Below, piece by piece: positions 62,269-64,000 of a stretch of 64,000 bases of DNA. The notes beneath the pieces were generated by a model. It was not told where the DNA came from and did not search any database. It saw nothing but the letters and a program-made list of their open reading frames with translations. Numbering within the stretch: the stretch's first letter is position 1; each line of letters begins with the position of its first letter. This DNA is from Bacteroidota bacterium (GTDB lineage: Bacteria > Bacteroidota > Bacteroidia > Bacteroidales > CAIWKO01), in NCBI GenBank assembly GCA_037133915.1, contig JBAXND010000008.1, forward strand, positions 16,564 to 80,563, in the 5' to 3' direction. The translations under genes were made by a program, and so were the position numbers.

Positions 62269-64000
62269 TTATCTGTTCACAACAAATTTGATTACAGTGT
62301 GATTATTTGCAGATATTACTTTTAAATAATACACTCCATTACCTAGGTCAGTCAGGTTCAGGTTACGAACGCCCAGGCCGGAGAGCTTCTCGCTATAAAC
62401 CTTCTCGCCAAGAATATTAAATACTTCAAGGTTTACTTCCTCATTTACAAAACCATCAGACGATATTCTGAAAATACCGTTGTTAGGATTCGGAGTCAGT
62501 TCAAAATTGACGGTATTGCTGAGGTTATTGATACCGGTAGTCGTATACGACACCTGGTTCGAAGGTGCGGAAAAGCATCCCAGGCTGTTCACTATTACAT
62601 AGTAAATCCCGTTGAACGTCGGGGTAAGTACCTGGTCGGTTGCTCCCGGTATTGCACCCGTCTGCTGCTCGTACCATTGATTACCAGCGAGTGCATCCGA
62701 CACAAGGTCGCTGCCTGCTTGAATCACAACGGGGGTTGCCGGTGCGTTCACACAATTGGTGAAATGCAGCATGAAGCGGTGTATATCATCGGAAGGTGCT
62801 CCTGTAAACTGGTACACGCTATCCTGTCTGATATTGACTGTTACATTAAGCTTAAGGTCTTCAAGAATAATAGAAACTGAAGGATCAAAACTGTTGAATT
62901 CGCTTGCTGTAATGCTATATGTTCCGGTTGCATCAGGTTTGAACATTACCGGAATATCTGGCGTAAGCTGTATGCTTGATACCGCATTGATGGAGTAGTT
63001 TATAGAAGTGTCAGCATATGTGGTTGACCAAATCTGCGTCCCGCCACCAATCATCTTCAGCCCATCATAAATTGCATCAAAGGTATCGGTAGCCACGTTC
63101 AGATAACGCACAACGATTTCATCGGTATAAGTACCCTTATGTGCTTTCAGTCTTATATAATCGGCCGGTCCGCCGGTTTTAAAGAAGGTGGTGTCTTTAT
63201 GAACCCGCACTGAATTGTCTATATTCAGAGAACCAGATGTGAAGGGGTTGGAGCACATTACATAGAAACCCTGTTCGGGGGAAATATATTTAGAACCTCC
63301 GTTCACACCGAAGCCATTCACATAAGTGGCGTAAGTGGCGTACTGCTGGTTGTAAACATATATCGCGTTATCCACGTTATTTTTAACCAGGCCTGCAGCG
63401 TCCCAGTTGATGGTGCTGGGATACGGATTGCCCACAAGGTTCCAACCGCGTTTACTTGCAACCTGCGTTGTATTTCTTGTTACCGGTATTATATACGCTC
63501 CTGTATTTGGTTTGCCTATAAATGCAATAGTTTTGTTCACAGTAGCCTTGAGCGCATATCCTGTTGTAACAGCCAGTGCCGTTGACGGGCTGGTGATGTT
63601 AATCCAGGCATAGGTGGATTCTATCCATTTTTTCAGGTAACAGCCGTTGAACAACGCCGCTGTGGCATTGTTAATAGGGCTTGAAATATAATGCCAGTCG
63701 TTGGCCGTGATATAGCGTTCAATTTTCGCTGTGCCGCTTCCGCTGATGTTTCCGTTGTCGATAAAGGAGGCGGCTTTGGTTGTACCTGCTTTGAGAATCA
63801 AACACTGTGCGCCGTTCAGAACAGTTGGTCCGTTGGCTGTGAGTGAGAAGCCGGGATTGATAGTTACCGTAGCGCCGCTGTTAATTGTAATTCCTTTGCA
63901 GACGGCTGCATTCGTAATAACGGGTTTATTCGTTACATTGGGGATGGTAACATCTGTATTGCCTGTCGGTACTTGCAACGCCGACCAGTTTCCCGCGTTA
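62269..64000 (-). CDS. T9SS type A cargo protein, paralogue of the 54857..58078 product (5'-truncated by the window edge)
   Basis: The frame stays open to nt 64000: upstream codons read NAGNWSALQVPTG, matching NTAGNWNCGIPSA of the paralogue. It is colinear with paralogue aa ~570-1073 (e.g. SFIDNGNISGSGTAKIERYITANDWHYIS vs SFIDNGSITGAGTAKVERYILANDWHYIS). The C-terminus LTPNPNNGIFRIS...GVYYLKVIS...KFVVNR is a type A CTD. Confidence 0.8.
   Translation of the reverse strand, partial: NAGNWSALQVPTGNTDVTIPNVTNKPVITNAAVCKGITINSGATVTINPGFSLTANGPTVLNGAQCLILKAGTTKAASFIDNGNISGSGTAKIERYITANDWHYISSPINNATAALFNGCYLKKWIESTYAWINITSPSTALAVTTGYALKATVNKTIAFIGKPNTGAYIIPVTRNTTQVASKRGWNLVGNPYPSTINWDAAGLVKNNVDNAIYVYNQQYATYATYVNGFGVNGGSKYISPEQGFYVMCSNPFTSGSLNIDNSVRVHKDTTFFKTGGPADYIRLKAHKGTYTDEIVVRYLNVATDTFDAIYDGLKMIGGGTQIWSTTYADTSINYSINAVSSIQLTPDIPVMFKPDATGTYSITASEFNSFDPSVSIILEDLKLNVTVNIRQDSVYQFTGAPSDDIHRFMLHFTNCVNAPATPVVIQAGSDLVSDALAGNQWYEQQTGAIPGATDQVLTPTFNGIYYVIVNSLGCFSAPSNQVSYTTTGINNLSNTVNFELTPNPNNGIFRISSDGFVNEEVNLEVFNILGEKVYSEKLSGLGVRNLNLTDLGNGVYYLKVISANNHTVIKFVVNR

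Overview
This is a 64-kb chromosomal segment with clear Bacteroidota signatures. It carries five T9SS C-terminal sorting domains, S46 and M14 peptidases, TonB, a divergent TsaD/TamB pair, ZapA-RNase Y synteny, and TAnnTTTG -7 promoter boxes 12-50 nt upstream of many starts. The redox gene set looks anaerobe-type.

Roughly 1-53 kb is core. It encodes riboflavin synthase, an AddA-like helicase-nuclease, GdhA, RNase Y, TsaD, TamB and tRNA-Arg(CCG). It also holds a NuoE-like/NuoF-like pair followed by a 1232-aa 2Fe2S-GltD-4Fe4S-molybdopterin-like fusion, and an orphan double-receiver/PPDK_N-type protein.

The 53-64 kb region looks accessory:
- A three-gene surface module: a collagen-like plus glycine-rich protein, a 1073-aa T9SS cargo, and a second glycine-rich protein.
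- A strictly 21-bp-phased tandem array, split by an intact IS256-family element with a target-site duplication.
- An AT-rich HEPN/MNT pair.
- An inverted paralogue of the T9SS cargo that runs off the window end.

Intergenic DNA repeatedly contains short-period word-like repeats: CGACTCA heptamers at two loci, CA-rich 20-mers, phased CTCTGTG, and a C-rich leader. A 194-nt closed structured element downstream of zapA may be a 6S-like RNA.

I recognised no CRISPR array, rRNA, prophage or known multi-gene defence system. The only defence-type module is HEPN/MNT. All calls come from reading motifs by eye; no searches or folding programs were run, so family assignments need HMM or BLAST confirmation.
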